Under the pieces are notes generated by a model, which was given only the letters and a program-made list of their open reading frames with translations, was not told the DNA's origin and did not search any database. The position numbers were made by a program, and so were the translations under genes. From Methanobrevibacter sp. (GTDB lineage: Archaea > Methanobacteriota > Methanobacteria > Methanobacteriales > Methanobacteriaceae), in the NCBI RefSeq assembly GCF_017468685.1, contig NZ_JAFUHT010000034.1:7221-71220 (forward strand): a stretch of 64,000 bases of DNA. Reading direction: 5' to 3'. Of this stretch, positions 10,640 to 20,176 are shown piece after piece. Position 1 is the stretch's first letter. The number at the start of each line of letters is the position of its first letter.

Positions 10640-11050
10640 ATTAGGCCAGAAATTAAATATAAAAATATACATAACTTTAGTAAAAAGGAACTTGGAGAAT
10701 TATTTTTGTCTGTGGAGTGGTCTTCAGGTGAATATCCAGAAAAATTAGCCATAGCTATGAAGAACTTTGATTGTGTTTTCTCAGCATGGGATGAGGATAA
10801 ACTCGTAGGCATGATTTGTGCAATGGATGATGGGATAATGAATGCTTATATCCATTACTTGCTGGTGCATCCTGATTATCAGTTAAAGGGAATTGGAAAA
10901 CAGCTAGTTGAAAGAGTTAAAAAACATTATAACGATTATTTAAAAATTATTGTGATATGTCTAAATGAAAATATTAAATTCTATGAGTACTGCGGTTTTG
11001 AAAAGCAGGAGGATAAACGCGCTTTATTTATAACTGAATTGGAAAACTAG
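10640..11050 (+). CDS. GNAT family N-acetyltransferase (start codon unclear)
   Basis: YLLVHPDYQLKGIGKQL acetyl-CoA motif, FYEYCGF; the frame is open upstream of TTG 10706 back to the MATE stop, with no ATG. Confidence 0.8.
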   Translation: MRPEIKYKNIHNFSKKELGELFLSVEWSSGEYPEKLAIAMKNFDCVFSAWDEDKLVGMICAMDDGIMNAYIHYLLVHPDYQLKGIGKQLVERVKKHYNDYLKIIVICLNENIKFYEYCGFEKQEDKRALFITELEN

Positions 11051-11061
11051 GAGGTGTTAAA

Positions 11062-11229
11062 GTGATTGATAATGATGATATCTACAATAAATTGGTCGGT
11101 CTTGTGAATTTAAACGATGCACATTTCAATGTGATTGTCGATAACCAGAATTTGATTTTAAAAAATCAGGAAAGATTATCCAAACAGTTGGCTGAATTGA
11201 ATTCAAAATTAGATGAGCTGTCAAAATAG
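11062..11229 (+). CDS. Small 55-aa coiled-coil hypothetical protein (below the ORF-track cutoff)
   Basis: GGAGGTG RBS, GTG start, MIDNDDIYNKLVGLVNLNDAHFNVIVDNQNLILKNQERLSKQLAELNSKLDELSK*, fills the gap in the operon. Confidence 0.7.
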   Translation: MIDNDDIYNKLVGLVNLNDAHFNVIVDNQNLILKNQERLSKQLAELNSKLDELSK

Positions 11230-11238
11230 GTGTTTGCA

Positions 11239-12012
11239 ATGGTTTTGTTTAGAGGAGATGTTAAGTGCAAGAGTCTGCAGAGAAGAACAACAGTTAGTGT
11301 TATCTTGCCTGCAGACAATATACATTTTTTAAATGATTCGGAAGAAATTGTTCCTCAGCCCTATAAGACATTGTATCTGCTTCACGGCTTGTACGGCAGT
11401 GATGACATATTCCTTGCTAACACTTCAATCCAGAAGTTTGCAGAGGATAATGGAATTGCCATTGTCATACCATGCGGTGAAAACAGCTTTTATGTGGACA
11501 ATGAAAAGGCCCATGCATACTACGGTGAATATGTCGGCCAGGAATTATTGGATATAACAAGAAACATTTTTCCATTGTCACATAAAAGAGAGGACACTTT
11601 CATTGCAGGTTTTTCAATGGGAGGATATGGTGCAATCAGAAATGGACTGAAGTATTATGAGAACTTCTCAAAGATAGGTATGATTTCAGCGGCACTGATA
11701 ACGGATGACATTGTAAATTACACTAGTGATGACAATGTATTGAGGTCAAGGGATTTTTATGAATCTATTTTTGGAAATTTGGATGAATTAAAAGGTTCTG
11801 ACATGGATCCGAAATATCTGATTGAAAATTGCCCTGACATTCCAGATATTTACATGGCTTGCGGTATTGATGATTTCTTGTTTGAAAAAAATGCTGATTT
11901 TTACAGGTATCTGAACTCAAAAAATGTTTCTGCTACTTTTACACAAGGTAAAGGAGAGCACACTTGGGAGTTCTGTGATAGATACGTTAAGGAATTCATT
12001 AAGACATTGTAG
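11239..12012 (+). CDS. Alpha/beta hydrolase, esterase family (tributyrin esterase-like)
   Basis: LYLLHG, GFSMGG nucleophile elbow, CGxDD, GEHTW catalytic His. Confidence 0.85.
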   Translation: MVLFRGDVKCKSLQRRTTVSVILPADNIHFLNDSEEIVPQPYKTLYLLHGLYGSDDIFLANTSIQKFAEDNGIAIVIPCGENSFYVDNEKAHAYYGEYVGQELLDITRNIFPLSHKREDTFIAGFSMGGYGAIRNGLKYYENFSKIGMISAALITDDIVNYTSDDNVLRSRDFYESIFGNLDELKGSDMDPKYLIENCPDIPDIYMACGIDDFLFEKNADFYRYLNSKNVSATFTQGKGEHTWEFCDRYVKEFIKTL

Positions 12013-12019
12013 GTGGAAA

Positions 12020-12505
12020 ATGGTAAAACTGTGTCCAAAGTGCGGTGCAAATCTGACTGAAGTAATTGGTGGTTATCTCTGCCATGAATGCGGAGGAGGT
12101 ATGTTCAGTGAGGATGAGGTAATTTGTCCTAGATGTCCGACCTGCGGCAGTGAATTGGGTGATTTGATGAATGAATACTACTGTTATGAGTGCGGAAGGT
12201 CTGTAAGTAAAGACAGTGCAGATTCTAATGATGATTCTTATTTTAAAGAACCGGATTATGATTCAATGGTTAATAATGGAGATAACATTTGTCTAAATTG
12301 CACCTACTGGAGCGTAAGTCCATATGGTGCTTCACATGGTATGGTATGCAGAAGAGGATATCCGACAGATGGTCCTGGCGACTCTTGCAGTGACTTTGTT
12401 CAATCACATCATTTTGCAAACTATGGTGATGCAGGACAATATCAATTTGATGAAACATCAAGGAATATTTCAAATAAGTTGAGCCACTGGAGAAATAACA
12501 GGTAG
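12020..12505 (+). CDS. Cys-rich multi-zinc-ribbon hypothetical protein
   Basis: CPKC, CHEC, CPRCPTC, CYEC, then CLNCTYW...C...C; ATG 12020 after AGGTGG. Confidence 0.7.
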   Translation: MVKLCPKCGANLTEVIGGYLCHECGGGMFSEDEVICPRCPTCGSELGDLMNEYYCYECGRSVSKDSADSNDDSYFKEPDYDSMVNNGDNICLNCTYWSVSPYGASHGMVCRRGYPTDGPGDSCSDFVQSHHFANYGDAGQYQFDETSRNISNKLSHWRNNR

Positions 12506-12581
12506 TTTATAAGGTCGATATAATTTTTATATATTAGTAAAAACTAAAATTATATTATTATTAAATAAGGAGAGGATTTTT

Positions 12582-14183
12582 CTGACAAAGTATATTATTA
12601 TAACTGGTGGGGTAGTAAGTTCTATAGGTAAAGGAATAACATCAGCATCTATGGGTAGAATTTTAAGATCTTATGGTTTAAAAGTTTCAGCTATCAAAAT
12701 AGACCCGTATTTAAACTGGGATTCTGGAACACTCAATCCTTATCAGCATGGGGAAGTATTCGTAACTCATGATGGGATGGAAACAGATTTAGACCTTGGT
12801 CACTATGAAAGATTTTTGGATGTTGAACTTGATGGAATGGCTAATATCACTACCGGTAAAGTTTATGAATCTGTAATCGCTAAGGAAAGAGAAGGAGGAT
12901 ACTTGGGAGAATGTGTACAGGTAATTCCTCACATCACTAATCGTATCAAAGAAATGATTAGGGCAAATTCCGAAAGCGCAGATTATGATGTGGTATTGGT
13001 TGAACTTGGTGGTACTGTCGGAGATATTGAAAGCCAACCTTTCCTTGAAGCATTAAGACAACTCAGAAATGAGGAAGGTCGAGAAAATGTTATGTTTGTC
13101 CATGTTACATTTATTCCCTACCTAAATGCAGCTGGAGAATTCAAAACCAAACCAACCCAACATTCCACAAAAGAATTAAGAAGTGTCGGAATAAATCCTG
13201 ATGTTATTGTATGCAGATCACAGGAACACATTGATGATGCATTGCTTGGAAAAGTTGCACATTTCTGTGATGTGGATGTTAATGCTGTTGTAAATACTCC
13301 TGATGCCGGAACAATCTATGAAGTTCCTCTGGTTTTAGAGGAAAACAATATCGGTGAATTGATAGTTAACAGAATCGGTTTGGGCATTGAACCTGATTCA
13401 TCCAAATTAAATGAATGGGCTGAAATAGTAAAATCCCTTAAAACTAGCGATCCTGAAGTTACCATTGGTATTGTTGGAAAATATGTTGAGCTTGAAGATT
13501 CATACATCAGTATTCGTGAATCTCTTTTACATGCTGCAGCAAGTATTGGGGTAAAGGCAAATATCAGATATTTAAGTTCTGATGTTGAGCAGTTGGATGA
13601 ATCCGCTTTAAAAGAATTTGATGGTATTTTAATTCCTGGAGGATTCGGTGAACGTGGTTTTGAAGGAAAACTTGATGCAATTGATTATGCAATCGAAAAC
13701 AATGTTCCTTTGTTTGGAATCTGTCTTGGAATGCAGTCTATGGTAACCCAATTTGCAAGAAGAAATGGTTATCCTGATGCAAACAGTTCTGAATTTGATG
13801 ATAATCTTGAATTCCCTGTTATTGATATGATGGAAGAGCAAAAGAAAATCAAGAACATGGGCGGAACTATGCGTTTAGGTTCATATGACTGTAAAATCAT
13901 TGAGGGAACTAAAACCTTTGAAGCTTATGGTGAAGTTGATATTGAAGAGCGTCACAGGCACAGATATGAGTTCAACAATGATTTCAGACAGGATTTACAG
14001 GATAAGGGCTTAATAATTTCCGGTACCAGTCCAGATGACTTTTTAGTAGAAATTGTTGAATTGCCAAATCATCCATGGGCTATTGGTTGTCAGTTCCATC
14101 CGGAATTTAAATCAAGACCTAATAGGCCTCATCCATTATTTAAATCATTTTTAGAAGCTATTTATGAGTTTTCTAAAAATTAA
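12582..14183 (+). CDS. pyrG: CTP synthase (CTG start inferred)
   Basis: Conserved N-terminus [17 protein letters not shown] encoded from CTG 12582, in frame with ATG 12651; [33 protein letters not shown]. Confidence 0.95.
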   Translation: MTKYIIITGGVVSSIGKGITSASMGRILRSYGLKVSAIKIDPYLNWDSGTLNPYQHGEVFVTHDGMETDLDLGHYERFLDVELDGMANITTGKVYESVIAKEREGGYLGECVQVIPHITNRIKEMIRANSESADYDVVLVELGGTVGDIESQPFLEALRQLRNEEGRENVMFVHVTFIPYLNAAGEFKTKPTQHSTKELRSVGINPDVIVCRSQEHIDDALLGKVAHFCDVDVNAVVNTPDAGTIYEVPLVLEENNIGELIVNRIGLGIEPDSSKLNEWAEIVKSLKTSDPEVTIGIVGKYVELEDSYISIRESLLHAAASIGVKANIRYLSSDVEQLDESALKEFDGILIPGGFGERGFEGKLDAIDYAIENNVPLFGICLGMQSMVTQFARRNGYPDANSSEFDDNLEFPVIDMMEEQKKIKNMGGTMRLGSYDCKIIEGTKTFEAYGEVDIEERHRHRYEFNNDFRQDLQDKGLIISGTSPDDFLVEIVELPNHPWAIGCQFHPEFKSRPNRPHPLFKSFLEAIYEFSKN

Positions 14184-14279
14184 TTTTTTTTATTTTCACT
14201 GCAATTTTTCAAGTTGAAATCAATTTAACGAGCTTATTTTCTATCTAATTAATATATTCTGAATTTTAATAATAGTATT

Positions 14280-15146
14280 ATGAATTTCAGTACTATATTT
14301 TTGATTCAAATAATTATTACAGTATCTTTTTGTGTTTTGGCATCAATTTGTGATATTCGAAACAATTATGTTCCGGAAAAGTTAACTTATGTCCTGTTAT
14401 TTTTTGGATTGGTTTCCAATTTGATTTTATCAATTTTTTCAAATAACATTAAATTCATTTTAGCTTCATTTATTTCAATGTTTATCACATATGTCATTAC
14501 ATATTTGTTGTGGAAATTAAAAATGTGGGGTGGTGGTGATGTAATGCTATTCACTGCTATTGCCACAGTAATACCAAATGGTCTTAATATTGATTTTTTA
14601 AATATTTTCCCGCAATTGTCAGTATATCCATTTGCATTCAGCGTAGTTGTAAACAGCATATTGGTTTCATTTCCGTTTTTAATGGTGTTTTTCATTCATT
14701 TGCTCATTAAAAATGAGATATTTAAAGGACATCCGACATACTGGATATCCCTTCTTAATATTGAGAATTTAAGAAATTTAATTCATAATACTTTAAATAA
14801 AACAATACCTATCAAAGATTTAAAGGAAGGAAATATTGTTAATGATTATTATTTTGACAATGAATACATTAATGAGTTAATTAAAGAAAATGATGGAAAT
14901 CTTGAGGTATTTGAATGTAAAGACGAGAAAGGCAAATATTATTTTAAGTCCATGAGTGCTGGAGGAATCACCAGAAAGGACATGTATTTAATAAAAATAC
15001 TAAGTGCACAGGAATTCATCGGAAAAGACATTTCAATTAAGATTACCTATCCTTTTACTCCTGCAATATTTGCAGGATTATTGATTGCAGTCTTTTATGG
15101 TGATATCATGATGCTATTTACAAAGAATTTGGTTTTGGTGATATGA
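14280..15146 (+). CDS. A24 family prepilin/class III signal peptidase
   Basis: Catalytic Asp pair (SICDI, GGGD); PF.PAI C-terminus; multi-TM. Confidence 0.85.
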   Translation: MNFSTIFLIQIIITVSFCVLASICDIRNNYVPEKLTYVLLFFGLVSNLILSIFSNNIKFILASFISMFITYVITYLLWKLKMWGGGDVMLFTAIATVIPNGLNIDFLNIFPQLSVYPFAFSVVVNSILVSFPFLMVFFIHLLIKNEIFKGHPTYWISLLNIENLRNLIHNTLNKTIPIKDLKEGNIVNDYYFDNEYINELIKENDGNLEVFECKDEKGKYYFKSMSAGGITRKDMYLIKILSAQEFIGKDISIKITYPFTPAIFAGLLIAVFYGDIMMLFTKNLVLVI

Positions 15147-15571
15147 TGGTCGACAATAAAGGGCAAATTTCACTGGAGTACCTGCTGATTTTTACGATTT
15201 CTTTAATTCTTCTAATCATGTTTACCTTGCCTTTGAGCCAGTTTGCAATTGAAAATACATTGGATGTTTCCGATACACTGAAGATTAAATCTGATTTGTC
15301 AAAAATAGCTCAGGCTATAGAAAAGGTTTACGGTCAAGGTCAGGGATCAAAACAAACGATCAGCATAGATTCATCCAAGGAATTTAAGATAACTGTTGCA
15401 GACAATTACATTTCTTCAGACATCAATCTTAAAGATTCAACGAAAAGGAATGAAAAAATATATTTCAAATCCAGCCTTAAAAAATCAAATTTGTATATTG
15501 GTAAGGGGGTTAATTCGATAATTGTAGAATGGCCGATAAATAGTGAAAACATGCAGATATATGTAAAATGA
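15143..15571 (+). CDS. Class III signal peptide-containing pilin-like protein
   Basis: NKG|QISLEY cleavage motif with +5 Glu and hydrophobic helix; overlaps the peptidase stop. Confidence 0.85.
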   Translation: MMVDNKGQISLEYLLIFTISLILLIMFTLPLSQFAIENTLDVSDTLKIKSDLSKIAQAIEKVYGQGQGSKQTISIDSSKEFKITVADNYISSDINLKDSTKRNEKIYFKSSLKKSNLYIGKGVNSIIVEWPINSENMQIYVK

Positions 15572-15639
15572 GCCAATAATATACAAAGTTTTTTTAACTA
15601 TTATTATTTAATATTTAATCATATAGTTAATTATGGCGT

Positions 15640-16452
15640 GTGAAATATATGGATATAATAACTGCAGTTATTTATATTGTTTTATTTATTATAATGATGG
15701 TATTTGTCTTTTCAATTGGAATGCTAAAACAATATATGCCAAAACGTGAAGTCCTGTTAGTTCTTGCGGTGGCTTTTTTGATAGGTTCTATTGGAGGAGC
15801 CTTCTTTTTAGAACCTATTTATGAGGAATTGCCAAACATGGCAAGCATTGTTGAGAGGAATATGCCAAATAATGAGGAAAGTTTATATCTTGATTTGTCC
15901 TCTTCTGTTGATACTGATAGCTTGAGGGAAGAGTTGTCTTCCATGGAAGGTTTTAAATCATTTGATGAAACATCCATTTCGATTCCGATGTGGAATTTTA
16001 ATCAAAAAGAGCATGATTATTTTGATTCAATAGTTGGCAATATTAACACTCATTATAAAAACTACAATGTAACTTCTGATAAAATTAATATTGAACTTGA
16101 AGATAATTTTACTGCATCTGAAGCTTTAAAATCATTTTCAGACTGGTATAAATTAGTTTATGGCGAAACAATTTCTTATGCGCAAATTCAAGCGGTTCTA
16201 GTTGTTGATTCTTCTCAGTTAGATAATTTTGAACAGGCATTGCTTAATAAGGGAATTGTTGCAAGCAGTGTTGATGGACCAATTCAGGACAGTATAAACA
16301 ATACAAACTCCTCAATGTTGTCAAATGTTGAATTTACATTGGTCTGCGGATGTGTAGGTGTTATAGTTGCCTTGATTGGTATTTATATGGATTCTGTTGT
16401 TCCTGCATACAGAAGATTTAAGAAATTCATGAACACCAAACGTAAAAGATAA
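15640..16452 (+). CDS. Membrane protein, hypothetical
   Basis: Two N-terminal and one C-terminal TM helices around a soluble domain. Confidence 0.7.
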   Translation: MKYMDIITAVIYIVLFIIMMVFVFSIGMLKQYMPKREVLLVLAVAFLIGSIGGAFFLEPIYEELPNMASIVERNMPNNEESLYLDLSSSVDTDSLREELSSMEGFKSFDETSISIPMWNFNQKEHDYFDSIVGNINTHYKNYNVTSDKINIELEDNFTASEALKSFSDWYKLVYGETISYAQIQAVLVVDSSQLDNFEQALLNKGIVASSVDGPIQDSINNTNSSMLSNVEFTLVCGCVGVIVALIGIYMDSVVPAYRRFKKFMNTKRKR

Positions 16453-16453
16453 T

Positions 16454-17134
16454 ATGGATGTTGCAGTTTTATTTTCAGGCGGCAAGGACAGTACTATGGC
16501 TATTTACGCTGCATTAGAAGCGAAAGAAGATGTGAAATATCTTCTTTCTGTCAAATCTAGAAATGATGAATCATACATGTTTCATGTTCCCAACATTCAT
16601 ATTACCGATTTGCTTTCACAGGCACTTGAAATTCCTATAATGTCTGTTGAAACTGACGGTATTAAAGAAGAGGAACTTGAAGATTTAAAATCTGCTTTTG
16701 TTGATTTAAAAAATTTAGGTGTTGAGGCAATATACACTGGAGCCCTTTATTCAGTCTATCAAAAATCAAGGATTGAAAAACTGGGTGAGGAGACAGGGCT
16801 TAAAATTATTTCTCCATATTGGCATGTTGATGAATTGGAATACATGAGAAAAATTGTCTCTTTAGGTTTTAAAATAATGATTTGTGGCGTTGCAGCATGG
16901 GGATTAGATGAATCATGGCTGGGGAGAATCATTGATGATGAAACCATTGATGAATTGATTAAGATTCATGAAAAATATTATGTTGATATTGCTTTTGAAG
17001 GCGGTGAAGCTGAAACATTGGCCATTGATGGTCCTATTTTTAAAAAAAGAATCGAAATTTTAAAATATAAAAAAGAATGGCACCTTGACAGTGGTGTTTT
17101 CATTATCGAAGATGCAATTTTAAAAGAAAAATAA
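16454..17134 (+). CDS. Diphthine-ammonia ligase family ATP pyrophosphatase
   Basis: LFSGGKDS, SYMFH, GEAETL..DGP.F motifs. Confidence 0.85.
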   Translation: MDVAVLFSGGKDSTMAIYAALEAKEDVKYLLSVKSRNDESYMFHVPNIHITDLLSQALEIPIMSVETDGIKEEELEDLKSAFVDLKNLGVEAIYTGALYSVYQKSRIEKLGEETGLKIISPYWHVDELEYMRKIVSLGFKIMICGVAAWGLDESWLGRIIDDETIDELIKIHEKYYVDIAFEGGEAETLAIDGPIFKKRIEILKYKKEWHLDSGVFIIEDAILKEK

Positions 17135-17683
17135 TTATAAGTTAACTTCAGCTAAAAACTCATGAATTTTTTCAGTATAGCTTTCCAAATCACTTTCGTT
17201 GATTATGATTTTATCTGAAAGTGCAATAACAGTACCGATTCCGAAATCCAATTCCATCTGATCTCTTTTTTTAAATTCATTATAGTCTTGAGAATCATCT
17301 TCTCTCATTCTTTTTTGTAATCTTTCAAAACGTAGGGTCGGATTTGCAAAGATTGAAAGTATAATGAAGTTTTCAAAGTTTTCTTTAAACATGTCGACTT
17401 CATGAGGGCTTCTAATGCCTTCTACAATAATGGTATTTTCATTACCGTCCTCTTGTAGCTTTTTAATCTTTTTGATTGTTAGTTCAGATACAATGTACTG
17501 CCCGTGTTCTGCTCTTAAATTTTGAGCGGTTTCTTTAGTGCTTTCTCCTCTTTTTTTAGCTTCTTCACGAATGATGTCGCCCATGCTCACGATGATTGCA
17601 CCTTTTGTGGTGGCCATATCAGAAACTAAACTTTTTCCAGAACCAGGTAAACCGGATATTCCCATTACTTGCATTATATTCAC
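17135..17683 (-). CDS. P-loop nucleotide kinase (archaeal UPF0200/CoaE-like family)
   Basis: GLPGSGKS, MGDIIRE, EGIRS, RD..EL.FG. Confidence 0.8.
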   Translation of the reverse strand: MNIMQVMGISGLPGSGKSLVSDMATTKGAIIVSMGDIIREEAKKRGESTKETAQNLRAEHGQYIVSELTIKKIKKLQEDGNENTIIVEGIRSPHEVDMFKENFENFIILSIFANPTLRFERLQKRMREDDSQDYNEFKKRDQMELDFGIGTVIALSDKIIINESDLESYTEKIHEFLAEVNL

Positions 17684-18417
17684 TCTTTTACTCTTATTTG
17701 TTCCAATGATTCTTTAAGGTTTTCTTCATTATCAAATTCATTGACTAAATCAATTAAAATTGCTTTGTCTTGAGTTTTTAAATCTTCAGCTATTTTTGTC
17801 ATGAAAGGTATTGCGCGAACAATATTGTCCATAATTGAAACGTCAGACATTTTTGAAGTTCTTGAAAGCGGATTCAAATCGATTGTTAATATATTTTTAC
17901 CGCTTTTCTTTAATATTTCAGCTCTGTCGCCATCTTCTAATGGTATTAATATTGTATCTGCTGAATATATCCCAGTTTTGCTTGCTGAAGCTCTATTATT
18001 TTTTATATCGTCCAGATATTCAATGTCATCATCCAATGTGCCTAGGATATCCTTATATCCATGATCTTTGTATAATTTTGTAATTATTTTTACTCTATCG
18101 TCAGTTCTATAAAACAGATTGATTTCAATTTTTGCATTAACGCTTTTTGCAAGTTCGATTATTTCATCACAAGCAAGAGCGGTTGCATTTCCATTAACGG
18201 ATATTACGGGATTATTTGATAAAAGTAATGCTGCTACTGCAACATACATTGCTCTTTTGGCAGGGTATGTTGTTTTTTCTCCAATTAAGTAATCAAAAGC
18301 TTCTCCTCTGCCATGAGCTATCATTGCAGAGTCTGCTAAATATCCTTCCTTTGAAGCTTTAACTATTTTGTCTCTTAAAAGTAATGATTCGTATCGTGGA
18401 TGGGATTTTGGGATCAT
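17680..18417 (-). CDS. Phosphopantothenate synthetase (4-phosphopantoate-beta-alanine ligase)
   Basis: IPKSHPRYESL, IAHGRGEAFDYL, PLEDGDR, IDLNPLSRT. Confidence 0.92.
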   Translation of the reverse strand: MIPKSHPRYESLLLRDKIVKASKEGYLADSAMIAHGRGEAFDYLIGEKTTYPAKRAMYVAVAALLLSNNPVISVNGNATALACDEIIELAKSVNAKIEINLFYRTDDRVKIITKLYKDHGYKDILGTLDDDIEYLDDIKNNRASASKTGIYSADTILIPLEDGDRAEILKKSGKNILTIDLNPLSRTSKMSDVSIMDNIVRAIPFMTKIAEDLKTQDKAILIDLVNEFDNEENLKESLEQIRVKE

Positions 18418-18428
18418 ATTCTTTTCTC

Positions 18429-18812
18429 CTATTTTAAATCAATTTTCATTTGAGCTAAATATCCTAAAAATGTAGTTATCAGCATTGTAATGACTGTTAT
18501 GGAAATAACGTGTAAGGGATAATCGCCTATGATTAAGTTTTGTGATTTTGGTAAAATGAAAACAATTGTATCTAGAATAATGTCTATGATGACGAAGATT
18601 ATTCCAACTAGAATTCCTTCTAAAACTTCGTTATTGTCAATGTTTCTGATATAAATTATTCCAAAGAATCCTGTTACCATAATGGTGATTATTGGTACGA
18701 TAATATTAACGTGTGGTAGATTTGAATTGAATATTGGGTTAAAAATTTCTGTTAAAATTGTGGATATAATCCATATTAAAATTCCTGATATAATCGCTAG
18801 TTTTATTTTCAT
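18429..18812 (-). CDS. Four-helix membrane protein, hypothetical
   Basis: 127 aa, almost entirely hydrophobic. Confidence 0.7.
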   Translation of the reverse strand: MKIKLAIISGILIWIISTILTEIFNPIFNSNLPHVNIIVPIITIMVTGFFGIIYIRNIDNNEVLEGILVGIIFVIIDIILDTIVFILPKSQNLIIGDYPLHVISITVITMLITTFLGYLAQMKIDLK

Positions 18813-19128
18813 TTTTAAACCTAAAATATTAATTGTTAATATTTTTAGTTTAAAATATTAAATACTTTTCTAACTTTTGTTAATTTTCAAAAATAGTTTT
18901 GGGTTGTTAGGTAGATAATAATTTATATTAACTACCTAACGACTTGTGTTTACAAGCTTTAGAGAAATGAATTTTAAAATTTGGCTGTTTTTATCTATCT
19001 CTCTGGCTACGAGGTAGCCAATATTATTATATGGTATTAGCTATATATAAATGTTATTATATTTTATAAAAATTCAAGTATACTTTATCAAAAAGTTTTA
19101 TATTGTTGGATTGATAAAGTTTAATTGA

Positions 19129-20175
19129 ATGAATGAGGATTATAATTTTGAAGAATATTTGAGAAAAGCATTATCAAATTCAATAAGTTCACAAAATCCA
19201 TCTGAAAATGCTAAAAATAAAGCTAGAAAACTGTCTCCATCATATTATGAGGATTTAAAAGAAAAACTTATCGATAAATATCAGAATAAATCTCTTAATG
19301 ATGTGATGGACTGCAAAGCAGTTTCCACTTCATTTGGAGAGGTATTAAAAATTACCAAAAAAGAAAAAATAGACTTTAAGATTGAAAATAATAATTTTAA
19401 GCAACAGATGAATACTAATTTAAAATTATTGCCTAAGATAGGTCTTAAAACAGAAGAAAATCTTAAAAATAAAGGTTATTCAACAATTGAATCTCTGAGA
19501 AATCATGACCGATATGGGGATTCAGCATCAAAGCTAATTGAAAAAATGGATGAAATGTCATACTGTGAAATAATTGATCTGCTGGATAACAATAAATATT
19601 CAAGAAAATGCAGGGACAATATTTTAAAAAGCATTAGTCTAACTGACACAGAAAACTTCAAATTCATGGACATTGAAACAAAAGGATTATCCAATGTTCC
19701 GATAATACTGATAGGCATAGCAGAAATAAAAGGAAAAAATATTATTGCTTCACAGTACTTCCTCAGAGATTATACCGAAGAGGCAAATATAATTGATGCA
19801 TATCTGTCTCACTTGGATGAAGATTCTGTGCATGTTACATTCAATGGAAAAACATTTGATGTACCATTTATAAAAAATAGATGTGTTTATAATAGGATTG
19901 ATGCAGACTTGGATTTGGCTCATTTGGATTTGATGTATTTTGCAAAGAGTCTGTGGGGTGAAAAGTTACCTAATTGTCAACTGCAAACAATTGAAAAAGA
20001 ATTATTTGGAATAAAACGTGTTGGAGATGTTCCGGGACAGTATATTCCAGGATATTATGATACTTATTTACAAGAGGATAATATAGGGCCGGTAGTGCCG
20101 ATTATTGAGCATAATGCACAGGATATTATCTCGCTAGCAAGTTTTTTGGAGAAAATGTATAGGGATGTAAATTAA
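19129..20175 (+). CDS. RNase H-like DEDD exonuclease (YprB/MrfB-like) with N-terminal HhH-like segment
   Basis: FMDIETKGL, TFNGKTFD, HLDL, HNAQD motifs; LLPKIGLKTE. Confidence 0.85.
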   Translation: MNEDYNFEEYLRKALSNSISSQNPSENAKNKARKLSPSYYEDLKEKLIDKYQNKSLNDVMDCKAVSTSFGEVLKITKKEKIDFKIENNNFKQQMNTNLKLLPKIGLKTEENLKNKGYSTIESLRNHDRYGDSASKLIEKMDEMSYCEIIDLLDNNKYSRKCRDNILKSISLTDTENFKFMDIETKGLSNVPIILIGIAEIKGKNIIASQYFLRDYTEEANIIDAYLSHLDEDSVHVTFNGKTFDVPFIKNRCVYNRIDADLDLAHLDLMYFAKSLWGEKLPNCQLQTIEKELFGIKRVGDVPGQYIPGYYDTYLQEDNIGPVVPIIEHNAQDIISLASFLEKMYRDVN

Positions 20176-20176
20176 A

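Noticed and set aside
11924-12019. Upstream extension of the zinc-ribbon ORF
   Set aside because: It overlaps the esterase 3' end; ATG 12020 has the RBS.
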